Notes under the pieces: model-generated
Told to the model about the DNA's origin: nothing
The model's input: only the letters and a program-made list of their open reading frames with translations
The model's database searches: none
Part shown: in pieces, positions 14,100 to 25,703 of the stretch
Layout of the letters: each line of letters opens with the position of its first letter
How positions within the stretch are numbered: the stretch's first letter is position 1
Position numbers and translations under genes: made by a program
Assembly (NCBI RefSeq): GCF_006345805.1
Contig: NC_043007.1
Location: forward strand, 47,368,001 to 47,432,000
Length of the DNA: 64,000 nt
Reading direction: 5' to 3'
From: Octopus sinensis
Taxonomy: Eukaryota

Positions 14100-14290
14100 T
14101 CAAATTTACTGAAAACAAAAGACGAAGACAGGTGAAGGAATAACAAGCAGGTGTATTAGGTTAACGCTCAGGAAGAAAGGAGAAGTATTTGACGTTTCAA
14201 ACCTCCGCTCTTCGAAGGAAAGTATTAAGAGGGGAAAAAACGGAAAAAAAACGAAAAAATAACAGAGAGAGAAGGAAATGTTTAGGGATA
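14100..14290 (-). mobile_element. Short PLE-type terminal repeat fragment with degenerate minimal hammerhead-like motif
   Basis: Similar to 46390-46560 (gacgaagacaggtg...gtattag..aacgctcagga); the reverse complement contains ..cgaaga gcggaggttt GAAAC GTC. Confidence 0.45.
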
Positions 14291-15246
14291 ACTTTGCATG
14301 TGTATTTTAAATACCGATCATTGATATTATCGCTTGAAAAACCTGTATTGGTTTGTGTACGTCCGTCAAACTAGCGGTTCGCCTCAAGAGACCAACAAAA
14401 TAAGTACCAGGGTCGGTTTTTTTCAGCAATACCTTTTGAGTGCCTCAACATGGCCGTAGTCCAATGGCAGACAGAAGTAAAAGATAAGTGCTTATTATAT
14501 CATATAGATTGTCGGGATATAAAAAATAAGCTCACAGAATATACTACAGTAGAATCTTATATTATTGATATTTTGAAATTCAGATAAGATTCGACAGATT
14601 GTCAGTAATGCAACACGGTTATTGACTTACATGCAAACAATTTTTCGTTTCGTTTCTTTATTTGCTTATTTTCGTTCCCTTGTTCTTGCTAGAGTCCCTT
14701 TAACTTCACTTGCTCTGTTGCCGAGAAACAATTTGTAGCCAGAGAGATGTGATCCTAATTCACGCAGGATAAGATATTTGCATATTGCTGTTAGATATGA
14801 TTCGGAACAGCAGTGTCTAATTTCATGTTCTTTTGTTCAGAGATAATTCCTCAGGATTGTCAACGTAATACCAATATAAAAATTAGAACAGCCTATATGA
14901 TATACGATGCCTCTGTGTAGTCTTCCATATTTTAGAAATCACTGCCAAATGATTTTCTATTCTCTTTGTTCATACAAGATGTAATATAATTCAAAACGTG
15001 TATCCATTCCTCTTTGTCTTTTTGTCAGCTCTCTAGAGGAAAATATCTATAATCTGCTTGCATTTATTTCCCTTCGTTTACTATGTATCGACACTAGTAT
15101 TACCTGTCATATGGGAAGGTATTTTTGTTCCCATATTACATCAACTAATTTTATTTCCATAATTAATTTATGATTAAAATATACTGTTATGCTTCGGATG
15201 GTCATTTTTTGGCATTTAAACATAAGCACTATTTATTTGATCTTCA

Positions 15247-15247
<1 letters not shown>

Positions 15248-15319
<72 letters not shown>
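15248..15319. repeat. (ATT)n tract = (TAA)n 3' flank of R4/Dong element
   Basis: Directly visible. Confidence 0.97.
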
Positions 15320-16658
15320 GTTCAGTAGTATATTTTTTTTCGCGTGCTTTCACTTCCCTACCGGGCGCAGCTCTGTGTGTCTTGAGTATGTGATGGTTAT
15401 TGTATGGAAAGTGCTCTGCGTAGGATGTGTGCAATGCCTAGTAGTGCAATTTTCTGTATGTTAGATGTGTTTGTAAGTCCTGATGTTTTGTTATGTATTT
15501 GTCTGAATATTTTTTTATCATGCCTATTATGATAGGAATTGTTTCTGTTTTTAGATTCCACATTCTGGTTACCTCTATTTCTAGGTCTTTGTATTTTGAA
15601 AGTTTCTCCATTTCTTTTCGAGACACGGTGTCATCTGCTGGTATTGATACATCAATTAGAAAGCATTTTGTTCTTCATGATCTCTGACAACTATATCTGG
15701 TCTGTTGGCCTTAATTTCTTTATCTCTGTGTATTGGCATATCCCAGAGTATGGTTGCTTTCTCGTTTTCTGTGACCTTTTCAAGTGTGTGCCTATACCAT
15801 CTTTTTTCTGTTGTTATTTCATAATCTTGGCATAGCTTCCAGTGTATATAGGTCCCAACTCTGTCGTGTCTGTGAATATATTCCTTCTTAGCCAGGACTG
15901 GGCAGCCAGAGATAATATGATTTATTGTTTCTTGTCCATCTCCACATATTCTGCAGTTACTTGTTATATTTCTTTTCATTACATGTTTTTGGTAATTTCT
16001 GGTGGTCTTGTGCTGCAGTTAAAAATCCTTCTGTCTCAGCTTTGAGTCCTGAGCTTCTCAACCATTGCTGGGATTTTTCTTTGTCTGTTTCTTTTGCATT
16101 TAGTTTAGTCCAGTATTTGCCATGAAGAGGCGGCTAAAGTGTTCATACCTATTATCTTGTTTTTAGCATTGAGCTCTGTTTTCAGTATTGATCTAACTCG
16201 TCTGTAATATTCTTTTTTTTATTTTCTCTTTCGCTTGTGTGTGTTGTGTCTTATCTAGTTCATGTATTCATAAGTATTTGTAAGTTTGGCTTTGGTCTAA
16301 TTCTTTTATTTCATTGGTTTTTATCTAGTGTGATATTGCTACTCTTAACTTGTTTTCCTCTTTTCAGGGTTACTTTGGCGCATTTCTCCAATCCAAATTT
16401 CATATCTATTTCTTTGGTAAATCCATGAACTGTCTTTAGTAGTGTTTCCAGCTGTTTGTCATTTGTGGCGTATAGTTTTAGGTCATCCATATATAAAAGG
16501 TGGCTGATCGTTTTGCCGTAACATTTATATCCGCATCCAGTTCTGTTTAGCATATCCGATAGAGGTCACAGTGCCAAGCAGAAAAGGAGTGGAGAGAGCG
16601 TGTCTCCCTGGAATATTCCTCTTCTAATGGGGATGACTTTGGTTTTTACAAGTCCCTC

Positions 16659-17324
16659 TTATGTTTGGAGCTGTAGCACTGTCTGCCATTTATTCATAGA
16701 GTGTCCTATGTATTTTATAATTGTTGGTGCAACTTTGTTAATGGCTAGTGTTTCGAGGATGCATGTGTAGGGGATGCTATCAAACGCCTTTCGGTAGTCG
16801 ATCCAGGCCATACGGAGGCCTTTCTTCTTTCTGTGGATGTCTTCAGTTATGGCTTTATTGATCATTAGTTGATCTTTACAGCCATATGAGCCTTTGCGGC
16901 ATCCTTTCTGCTCTTCTGGAAACAGGTTGTTTTCGTACAGGTGCTTGTTCAATCTTTGTGATATTACTGCAGTAAATGCTTTGTACATTGTACGGAGACA
17001 GGATATAGGTCTGTAGTTTTCTGGTTTTGCTGTCTCATTTGATTTGGGAATTAAGATGGTTTTCCCCTTCGTGAGCCATTCAGGCATTGTCTCTGGCTCT
17101 GCCAGTATGTTGTTAAAGTTTTCAGCCAGCTTTTTGTGCATTCCTGTCAGATATTTCAACCAGAAGTTGGGGATCTTGTCATGCCCAGGTACCTTCCAGT
17201 TGCTTAGTTTTTGCAGTCCCTGGATGACCTCTTCAGTTGTTATGAGGGTCCAAAGTTCCTCAGATGCTGAGTTTGTTGTTTTAATACTCCTTTTTTTTTT
17301 TTTGGTTGTTCGTTCGCCGACCAT
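16659..17324 (-). pseudogene. Reverse transcriptase N-terminal half of the R4/Dong element
   Basis: ORF track 221 aa with RT domain 0-3 motifs; continues in broken frames 16311-16553 (YMDD), 15656-15979 and 15438-15626. Confidence 0.9.
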
Positions 17325-18745
17325 ATTTCTCTCCAGAATTCTTCCACTTCTTCCACCGTTGGTGCTACAGTGATTTCTATTTTATTTTTGCCAAATTCTT
17401 GGTAGGACTTTTGGGGATTGGAGTTGAACTGTTTGTTTTGTTCAAAGAAACGTTGGAGTTTCTCGTACCGGCGGATCCTTTGTGCTTTGGCAAGGATATC
17501 TTGCTTTAGCTTTTCTTTTATCTCAGGTAAATCTTTTTCTGTGTTGTATTTTCGGAGTATTTTTGTTTTCTTTTTGTTGCTTAGTAGCGTTGATTGTCTA
17601 CTGATTTCATTAAGAATCGACAGATCTTTTCTCAGTTTTTGTATTTTGTTTTGGATGTTATTTATCCACAGGGTTTGTTTGGGTGGTGGTACTCCTGTTT
17701 GGATGGGTTTGAGTGAGTATCGAGCTTCTTCTGTGGCTGCAGTGGCTGCTGCGTATACTAAGTTATTTAGCTCAGTGATATCGCTTTTTGTTTCAGTGGC
17801 TATTAGTTCCTTGACGGCTAGGTTTATGCTGTTTATAATTGATGTTGTTGTTTTGTCTATATTTATTTTTGGGATGTATTGTCGGTGTTCCATTTTGAGC
17901 TCTGTGGTTTTCAGTTCTTTGATTATTCTACTTTTTATAACATCATAATCATTAGGCTCCCCTTCGTTGTTTCCAGGCTTTAGATTTGTGTCGCTTTCTT
18001 TCTCATTCGTATGTTTGTTTGTCGTGTTTTGGCTTGTTGTTTGTCGTGTATTATTATGTATCCTTACGGTCTGGGTTTGTTGTTTTTTGTTTACATCGTT
18101 TTTGTTGGAAATGTTACGTTTGTCTTCGTGTTTTACTGTTTCAGTGTTTATAGTATTTGGCATTGTTGTGTGGCTTCTATCTATATTTTCTTGGTGTATT
18201 TTTTCTTTTAAATGTTCTATTTCTATTTCTGATATTTTCTTTGCGTTGAGAATATATTTTCGCACGTTAGCTAGTTTATTAGGGTTCATTGCTATATCCA
18301 GGTCTTTATTTATGTTATTTTGCTTCCATATTTTATATGTATATGTCGTTGTGTTTTCGCTCTTTGGGTAGAGCACTGCTGTAAAGTAAGCGTGTAGGAT
18401 TGAAATGTATTCCTCACGTGTCCATTTATGCCTTTTTGGTTTTATTTGCAGGACATGAGGAATAACGTCCGGCCCATTATTTTGACGGTCGTCATTTTCG
18501 TAGGGTACCGATCCGTTCATTTCTGTTGTCACATTGTTTTGCACGCGTAGTTTTTCGTACTTTTTTTGTAACAGGTTCAAAGTACGTAGTTCCCGGTTGT
18601 TATTCTTGGGTTGAATAATACCGGTATTCTTTAATTTATTCGTAGTTTTTTTGTACATGGTGTTTGGGGCCGGAGATGATCTGGTGATGATGGATCGTAA
18701 TGTATCAAGCATGTTTACATGTGCTATCGAGTTAAAATACATCAT
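17240..18745 (-). CDS. N-terminal part of R4/Dong ORF (501 codons uninterrupted; TE-derived)
   Basis: ORF track; contains RHKWTREEYISILHAY..LANVRKYIL..ITELNNLVYAAA..RIRRYEK..QNKQFNSNPQK..VEEFWREIW, typical pre-RT R4-clade sequence; frameshifts into the RT frame 16659-17324. Confidence 0.8.
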   Translation of the reverse strand: MMYFNSIAHVNMLDTLRSIITRSSPAPNTMYKKTTNKLKNTGIIQPKNNNRELRTLNLLQKKYEKLRVQNNVTTEMNGSVPYENDDRQNNGPDVIPHVLQIKPKRHKWTREEYISILHAYFTAVLYPKSENTTTYTYKIWKQNNINKDLDIAMNPNKLANVRKYILNAKKISEIEIEHLKEKIHQENIDRSHTTMPNTINTETVKHEDKRNISNKNDVNKKQQTQTVRIHNNTRQTTSQNTTNKHTNEKESDTNLKPGNNEGEPNDYDVIKSRIIKELKTTELKMEHRQYIPKINIDKTTTSIINSINLAVKELIATETKSDITELNNLVYAAATAATEEARYSLKPIQTGVPPPKQTLWINNIQNKIQKLRKDLSILNEISRQSTLLSNKKKTKILRKYNTEKDLPEIKEKLKQDILAKAQRIRRYEKLQRFFEQNKQFNSNPQKSYQEFGKNKIEITVAPTVEEVEEFWREIWSANEQPKKKKGVLKQQTQHLRNFGPS

Positions 18746-18920
18746 TTCGTTTGGAAAATAGCAATAAATTTCAATGAGTATTACTTACTCGGATATAGTC
18801 CAATCCTTTGTCAGTTATACTTTAGCTCCATACAATGTTTTTGTTTCTGATGTTTGTGGATATATTTCGGAGCCACTTTTTTTCGCTCTCACATGTTAAA
18901 CGTCCCCGATGTTCTCTCTC

Positions 18921-18955
18921 TTATTATTATTATCATTATTATCATTATTATTATA

Positions 18956-18993
<38 letters not shown>

Positions 18994-19016
18994 CATTATT
19001 ATTATTATTATTATTT
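18921..19016. repeat. (TTA)n imperfect tract between two R4/Dong copies
   Basis: Directly visible. Confidence 0.95.
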
Positions 19017-20186
19017 AGTTTTAATCTGAATGTTTGTTACAATCACTTACTGAGACACACCCAGTTTCCTAGGGCGAGTGTAGGATAAGTGATGTTACAG
19101 TATGACTGAAAGCTAGGTAAGTAGCAGGAGCAGTAGCTAAATATCTTCATGTAATAGAACACAAACATTTAAATTAATAGGATTTTTCTAAGGATATGGG
19201 TAGTACATATCAGCACAATCTTTCTCTGAGACATGGTTCTCTTGAGATATTATCTAGATATTTTTGACATCCCTTTCTTATCATACATAAGGTACCCACA
19301 ATAACAGGAACAGTGATCGTTTTGAGATGCCACATCTTTTGTATTTCAATTTCCAGGCCCTTATTTACTTAATTTGTCAAATTCCTTCACATATATATTT
19401 TTATCAGTGTGAATACTTACATCTATTAGTCTATATGAACTTTCTTCCCTGTCTTTAATTACTATGTGTAGTTGATTAGCCTGGATTGTTCTGTCGATAT
19501 TGATTGGAAAATCCCAGAGGATAGTGAAATTCTATTTTCAACGACGATCTCAGGATGATGTTTATACCATTAAGTAGGAGTGTTGATTCTGTAGTGTTTA
19601 CATATTTTTCGAATGTCAATACTGTCCTACCCTATCGTAGCGAATTTTGTATTCGTTTAGTGTTTGCATAGGACATCCCGAGACGGTGGTCTATTGTTCA
19701 TCAAATGTCTCGTAGAATCTGCATTTAGGGTCAGAACTGTTTTGAAGAATGTTAGCGTGGTAGTTTTGGTAAGCAAGCGTTGGTCTTGTACCGCCAATAT
19801 GAAACCTTCAATCTCTACTTTCAGTCTTGCGTTTCTCAACCACTGATGGGTTGTTACTTCGGCTCCGAAGTAGATACTGTCGATGCAGAGGCTTCTGGTT
19901 CCACCACTCTTTTATTTGTTTCTGTCCGTTCTTTCTTGCAGACTGTTCGATCCGTTTTCCTTGTTGGGTAGCAGTGGTTTCAGCTTCTTCATCTAATTCA
20001 GGGTTAATTCCAAGTTCCCTTCCTAATTGGCAAGCGTCCGTGACAATAGAAGGTGTTTTTTGCTGCTTTCGTATTTGCACACACGCCGCAGCATCCCATC
20101 CTCTATATTAGATAAATACTTGTTCATTGCTATTGTGGACGTTTTATAGCACAGTTTTATAGCATCATTCCTCGCCCTCCATTACC
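19017..20186 (-). mobile_element. R4/Dong-clade 5'-truncated decayed copy (different subfamily)
   Basis: Pieces LKVEIEGFILAVQDQRLLT, ..RHDRV.., ANQLHIVIKD and ..THILRKIL*; begins at GGRGMML (post-RT GGRGL motif) next to the (TTA)n tract 20189-20241. Confidence 0.8.
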
Positions 20187-20241
<55 letters not shown>

Positions 20242-20242
<1 letters not shown>

Positions 20243-20790
20243 AGTGAGAGAGCAGTGCATGCCATAAAAGTGACACGAAGCCTAGTATACCTGTCATGGC
20301 TACCCGTCTGATAATGGTACGCCAGGTACATGCATCACAACCAAACGTGCACAACATGGTGATCACATATCAAGATAAACGGCGCATGATCTTGTAGGTG
20401 GGGCCCAGTTAGAATTTCCGTCGGGTCAAGTAGCCCATCCCGCTCAAAATGTCCCCGAATAAGGGTTGTTTAAGGATGTTAAACGAAACACTCATGTTTC
20501 CAAAGGTAAATTATCCAAACCCCAAACAATTTCTTTTCAACAAATGGCTATGATGCTCCCACACTATTTCTGCTCGTGATCAGAGATGCACATATCGTCA
20601 GCCACTAAGGGACATGCTCAACTTGTTACGGTCAAACAACAGACAAGAAAATCTGTCGTATTGAGCAGAATATATGCTGTAACCTATCTTTTATACCAAG
20701 ACATAAAAATGTACATGATAACACTTCTAATCAGTTAAGATCAGAAGCCATGAGAACCAGTGCCTGGTACTGCATCTAGTCTTATTTTTA
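20242..20790. mobile_element. Unclassified non-coding interspersed repeat next to a TAA tract
   Basis: Higher-complexity, GC-richer block (gtgagagagcagtgcatgcc...) that I recall as a frequent octopus repeat; no ORF; family and orientation not established. Confidence 0.35.
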
Positions 20791-20799
20791 TCATGCGCT

Positions 20800-22941
20800 T
20801 TCACTGCACTACTGACCGCAACTATGTGTGACTTGGGTATGTGCTGTAGTTTGTTGTGGTATTCTTATTTTGCTTTGTAATGAAAGTGTTTTGCGTAGGA
20901 TGTGTCCGGTGCCTAGTAGTTTTATTTTCTATGTTCTATATATACTTGTTAGTCTTGGTGTTTTTTATGTATTTATCTGAATATTTTTCTTCATACCTAA
21001 TGTACTTTCTATGATAGTAATTGTTACTGTTTTTAGGCTCTACATTCGAGTTATCTCTATTTCCAGATTTTTGTATTTTGAAAGATTATCCGTTTCTTTT
21101 AGAGAAACATTGTCATTTGTTGATATTGATACATCGATTAGAAAGCACTTTTTTATGATTTCTGACAACTATATCCGGCCTATAGGCCTTAATTTCCCTA
21201 TCTGTGTGTATTAGCATATGGTTGCTTACTCATATTTTCTGACCTTTTCTGACGTGTGCTTATATCATTTTATGTCTCTTGTTATTCGATAAGGTTGGTA
21301 TAGCTTCTAATGTATCTAGGTTCCAACTCTATCGCGTCTGTGAATATATTCCATATATATATATATAAGGAATAAATAATAAATCATATTGCCAGAGACA
21401 ATATGATTTATTAATTTATTATTTCTTCTCGATATCCACATATTCATGTATTTCTTTTCATTACGTGTTTTTGGTGATTTCCGGTGGGAACACTTTGATC
21501 TTTTGTGCAATTAGAAATCCTTCAGTCTCTGCTTTGAGTCCTGAGTTTCTCAGTCATTGTTAGAATTTTCTTTTCTATTCAGTTTAACCCAGAATTTGCC
21601 ATGATGCGGCTTTTCTTGCCATCGTTTAATCACTATCCATTGCTGTTCCAGTTTTAGTTTGGATTTAAGTTGTTTTACAGCTTTTGTTGTTTCTTCTTTT
21701 TCTTCATATTTGTTAGGTGGTATGGTTTCTTTTTTGTATTCATCAGCTTCCTTAAAGACTGAAAACAGTTTTTTGTTTTGTTCGTGTTTTGTTACTATTT
21801 GTATTAGTCTTTCTTACTTCTGAAGTAAGTATTTCTGTAGTCCTATGGTGGTTATTTTGTAATCGTTTTCTAGCTGTTTAAGGCCTCTACCATTTTCGAT
21901 ACCTTGTATATATAGTCTTTCTATGTCAGATGTTGGGTGGGGCATCTTAAATCCTGTCATTATTTTTTTTTTTGTTTTCTTGTCGATTTTGATTAGTTCA
22001 TTTAAAGTCCAATTATAACTGGGACGGCTAGAGTGTTAATACCTATTATCTTGTTTTTCGCATTGAGCTCTCTTTTCAGTATTAGTCTGACTCATCTATA
22101 GTATTCTTTTTTTATCTTCTCTTTCATATGTGTTTGTTGTATCGTATCTAGTCCATTGATTCCTAAGTATTATCATGTTTGGCTTTGGTCTAATTCTCTT
22201 ATTTCATTTTCTTTATCTAGTGTGATGTTACTGCTCTTAACTAGTTTTCTTCTTTTCAAGGTTGCTTTGGCTCATTTCTCTAGGCCAAATTTCATGTTTA
22301 TTTCTGTAGTAAATTCATATACTATCTGTAGTTGTGTTTCCGGCTGTTTATCATTTGTAGCGTACAGTTTTATGTCATTCATATAAAAGAGATGGCTGAC
22401 TAATTTGCCGAAACAGTTGTATCGACATGCAGTTCTATTTAGCATGTTAGATAAAGGTATCAGTGTCAAGCAGAAAAGAAGCAGAGAAAGCGTGTCTCCC
22501 TGGGATAGTCTTCTTCTAATGGGGATGGATTTGGTATTTAGCTGTCCCTCTCTTGTCTGGAGTTGTAGTAATCTATGCCATGTATTGGTGCTATCTTGTT
22601 CACGGTTAGTGTTTCTAGGATTCATGTGTGGGGAATACTATTAAAAGCCTTTCGGTAATCGATCCAGACCACACTTAGACACTTCTTATTTCTGCGGTTG
22701 TATTCAGTTATGGCTTTATTGATCAGTAACTGATCTTTACAGCCATATGAGCCCTTAGAGCATCTTTTCTTGCTCTTCTGGAAACAGATTGACTTCTTCC
22801 AGGTATTTGCCCATTCTCTGTGATATTATTGCAGTAAAGGCTTTGTGCATTGTAGGGAGAAAAGTTATTGGTCTGTAATTTTGTAGGATTTGGGAAATGT
22901 CTCTGGTTCTGCTAGTATTTTAGTAAATTTCTCAGCCAGCT
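20800..22941 (-). mobile_element. R4/Dong-clade decayed copy (RT to RLE)
   Basis: ORF 22272-22625 IRRRLSQGDTLSLLLFCLTLIPLSNML..SHLFYMNDIKLYA..KFGLEK; later IHRRDRVGT; 3' UTR closely similar to that at 15320-15400. Confidence 0.85.
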
Positions 22942-22942
22942 T

Positions 22943-22998
<56 letters not shown>

Positions 22999-23011
22999 AG
23001 TATGTATGTAT

Positions 23012-23049
<38 letters not shown>

Positions 23050-23689
23050 TTGAACTTATGACTGTATGTCGATTTGTGTGTTGAAGTGTTCAGTAGAAAC
23101 TGACACAGTTTTTCTGTTGGATCTACTTCAGGAACTATGCAGTGTTAGTTGAGATAATAATAATAATAATAATTTCTTAGCCAGACAAGCATGTAACAAG
23201 ATGACAGCTAAAATTCTGGATCTTTACCGAGACACAATTTTAGGCATAAATGTACCCGGGGACATTAAAGTGTCTTAAAAGTTGGGAAGTCCCAACTTTT
23301 AAGTCGCTTTAAAGAAAATCCCTCGATTTTAAGTCACTTTAAATAAAACCGTCGATTCAATAAAACTGTGTACAAACTCTATACTTGGAATGACCAATTT
23401 TAAATACTATTGGAACTTACTCACAAGGTATTGGAATCTTATATGTATACCATACTGCCTAAATAATGGATCTACAGATGCAATATCCCTGCATATCTCA
23501 CGTCTATTTTCATTCCTCCACTTCACTTTCCATTTCATATCTTATCTAAAATAACTATTGCTTAATCATCTTCTTACACTGTCTCCGGTGAAAGGATATA
23601 TAAAATATCCCAGAAATACCCGTAAGACCTATTTATAAATGTTCTAAAAATGTTCACAGCCTTGGATTTTTATCTTATTCTGAAAATGT

Positions 23690-23817
<128 letters not shown>

Positions 23818-24041
23818 GTTGTTAATTTGCAGACATAGTTGTGTGCTACGATGTTTGCTTCTCAAAGTGCCTGCTTCCCCAGCAGAAAACACTTGCCGAG
23901 GTGTCACTCTGTGGCACTTTGTGCAAATATCTTCTACAATAGCCCCGGGCCGACCATAGTTTTCTGAACGGATTTTGTAGATGGAAACTGAAATAAGGTC
24001 TTCATATGTATGTGTTTGTCTGTATTTGACGCCTCCTATAA

Positions 24042-24150
24042 CATACGCAGTATTGCATCTAAGGACTTACGCTCATGGAACTACGCAGGATTGCACCTAA
24101 CGACTTACGCTCATGGAGCTACGCAGGATTGCACCGAAGGACTCATGCTC
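24042..24150. repeat. 38-bp tandem repeat, ~2.9 copies
   Basis: ctaaggacttacgctcatggaactacgcaggattgcac at 24059 and near-identical at 24097, with partial copies on both sides. Confidence 0.85.
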
Positions 24151-24278
24151 TGGTTTCTATAATATTTTTGCTTCTTCTTTCTTCTTTCTTTCTATCTCCC
24201 TATTCTTTTACGCCCTTCCTCTATTTCGTCATCCTATTAAAATATACCACTCTCTTTTTCCCTATTTTTCTCGTATTT

Positions 24279-24334
24279 GTCTCTGATGACGGAATATCCC
24301 ATACTTGGGGATATCCTAGAAACAGCTGTAGGAT
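24279..24334 (+). ncRNA. Type I hammerhead ribozyme motif (minimal, palindromic stem III)
   Basis: gtct|CTGATGA(24283-89)|c gg-a-atatccc atacttg gggatat-cc ta|GAAAC agct GTA(24328-30)|ggat. Confidence 0.7.
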
Positions 24335-24415
24335 TTTGAATTTCTTCTTATAATAGTATTGCATATGACTTGAGATGTTTGCATTGCCTTCATGTCTGGT
24401 ATCCCGTTTAACAAT

Positions 24416-24462
<47 letters not shown>

Positions 24463-24993
24463 ATACACATATATATATATAAAATACAAAATGGGACAAG
24501 AACGCAAAACATCCGGACAACTAGATGATACAAAAAAGGACAACAAAACATCCAGATAGACGATACAAAAAACAACGACGGGTCATTCGAAGCCTTTTAT
24601 CTTCAGTCAAGAACCGGATCATCCTCGCAATTTCGGCTGATTAATCTTGAGATTGCTCCAATCTGGCCAGCCCCAAGGAAAAACTAAGCTAAGAGCATTA
24701 GATTCCTTGGGAAAAAGCATCAAATGTATACGAAAACAAGGTAGTAAACACTGAGAGATTATCCACCCGGGCAAAATATTTCATAAGCTCTCTGTTACTT
24801 AGATTAGTGAAAAACTCCAAGTAATAACACTCCAAGTAGTAGGGTCCAAGTTTATGGTTCATCACGATTCTATATTGTAAATCCGTGGATGGGCACCAGA
24901 CGAACTCCGTTTTTTTTTTTTAACACAGAGTGATATATAAGAAACAAGTTTAAAATAATAGTTATTACATATTTTCCTTTATTGTAGCAAATT

Positions 24994-25118
24994 TGGCTTA
25001 CAGCTGTTCCCAGTAGTCATTATAGGAACATCACTGATAAGTTTACTCAGTTAGTCTATTGATCAATGAAGGAAAATTGAACGACCTAAGAAAATCGATG
25101 CTACTTTCATCAGAGCCA
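24994..25118 (-). ncRNA. Degenerate type I hammerhead motif with long stem II insertion
   Basis: Minus strand: tggct|CTGATGA|a agtag...ctact g|GGAAC agct GTA|agcca; perfect 5-bp stem I; GAAA mutated to GGAA. Confidence 0.5.
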
Positions 25119-25607
25119 TTTCTGGTTATAACAAGCAGAGCAGTGAAGGAATGGTTATTATATGAGAAAGGCGGAGGAGAAGGAGATGGACAGATGTAAG
25201 TAGAATAGATAACAGAGGATTACAGGTTACAAAGGGGTGGAAAGAGGTAAGGGGATAGTATAGGAGTCACTTACTAGAAATAGGGACATTGTATTACTAA
25301 AATTTGGAAGAGGAGCAGCGCTAAAACATTAGTGTTTGTAGTCAAGTCAACACGCATTAACAAGTTGGCACTGTATATAGGCTAGATACTGTCCAGCTAC
25401 TGTGCCGAAATTTGATATGGGGTTTTTATGGACCTGATCAGGCTAAGAGAGTAATTTTCAGATGTTGCCATCTAGCCATAGTAGGGGATTATATTAGAAA
25501 ATAAAAGGATACTAGTTGTAGTCATATTGTAGAGGTCAGGAATGTTTTTATTATCCAGTAAATAAATACTGATTTATAAATGTGTGTGTGTGTGTGTGTG
25601 TGTGTAT

Positions 25608-25703
25608 GGCAGTACTTATTCTAAAACTGGAACGATACAGAGAAGATTAACATGGCCCCTGCACAAGGATGACACTCAAATTCGTGAAGCGTTCCATATT
25701 TTT
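25608..25703 (+). ncRNA. U6: U6 snRNA copy, probable pseudogene (5' 11 nt missing)
   Basis: Matches vertebrate U6 nt 12 to the end with 7 substitutions counted by eye; ACAGAGA box intact; catalytic AGC triad is AAC; ends in TTTTT. Confidence 0.92.

Larger units (their letters stand above)
15320..18920 (-). mobile_element. R4/Dong-clade RLE non-LTR retrotransposon, near full length (~3.6 kb), frameshifted and internally deleted
   Basis: N-terminal KWTREEY motif; RT motifs WKVPGHDKIPNFWLK, PENYRPISCL, WIDYRKAFDS, GIFQGDTLSPLLF, HLLYMDDLKLY; CCHC knuckle CRIC..ETINHIISGC; RLE ANRPDIV..LIDVSIP..EKLSKYKDL; (TAA)n on both sides. Confidence 0.95.

Noticed and set aside
14930-15040. PH-domain-like KDKEEWIHVLNYI on the - strand
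   Set aside because: The frame is preceded by a stop and would need an extra base to join the acceptor; there are no supporting exons.
24560-24625. Minus-strand CTGAAGA...GAAT motif in a common repeat
   Set aside because: It lacks GAAA and a proper stem II/III; not called as a ribozyme.
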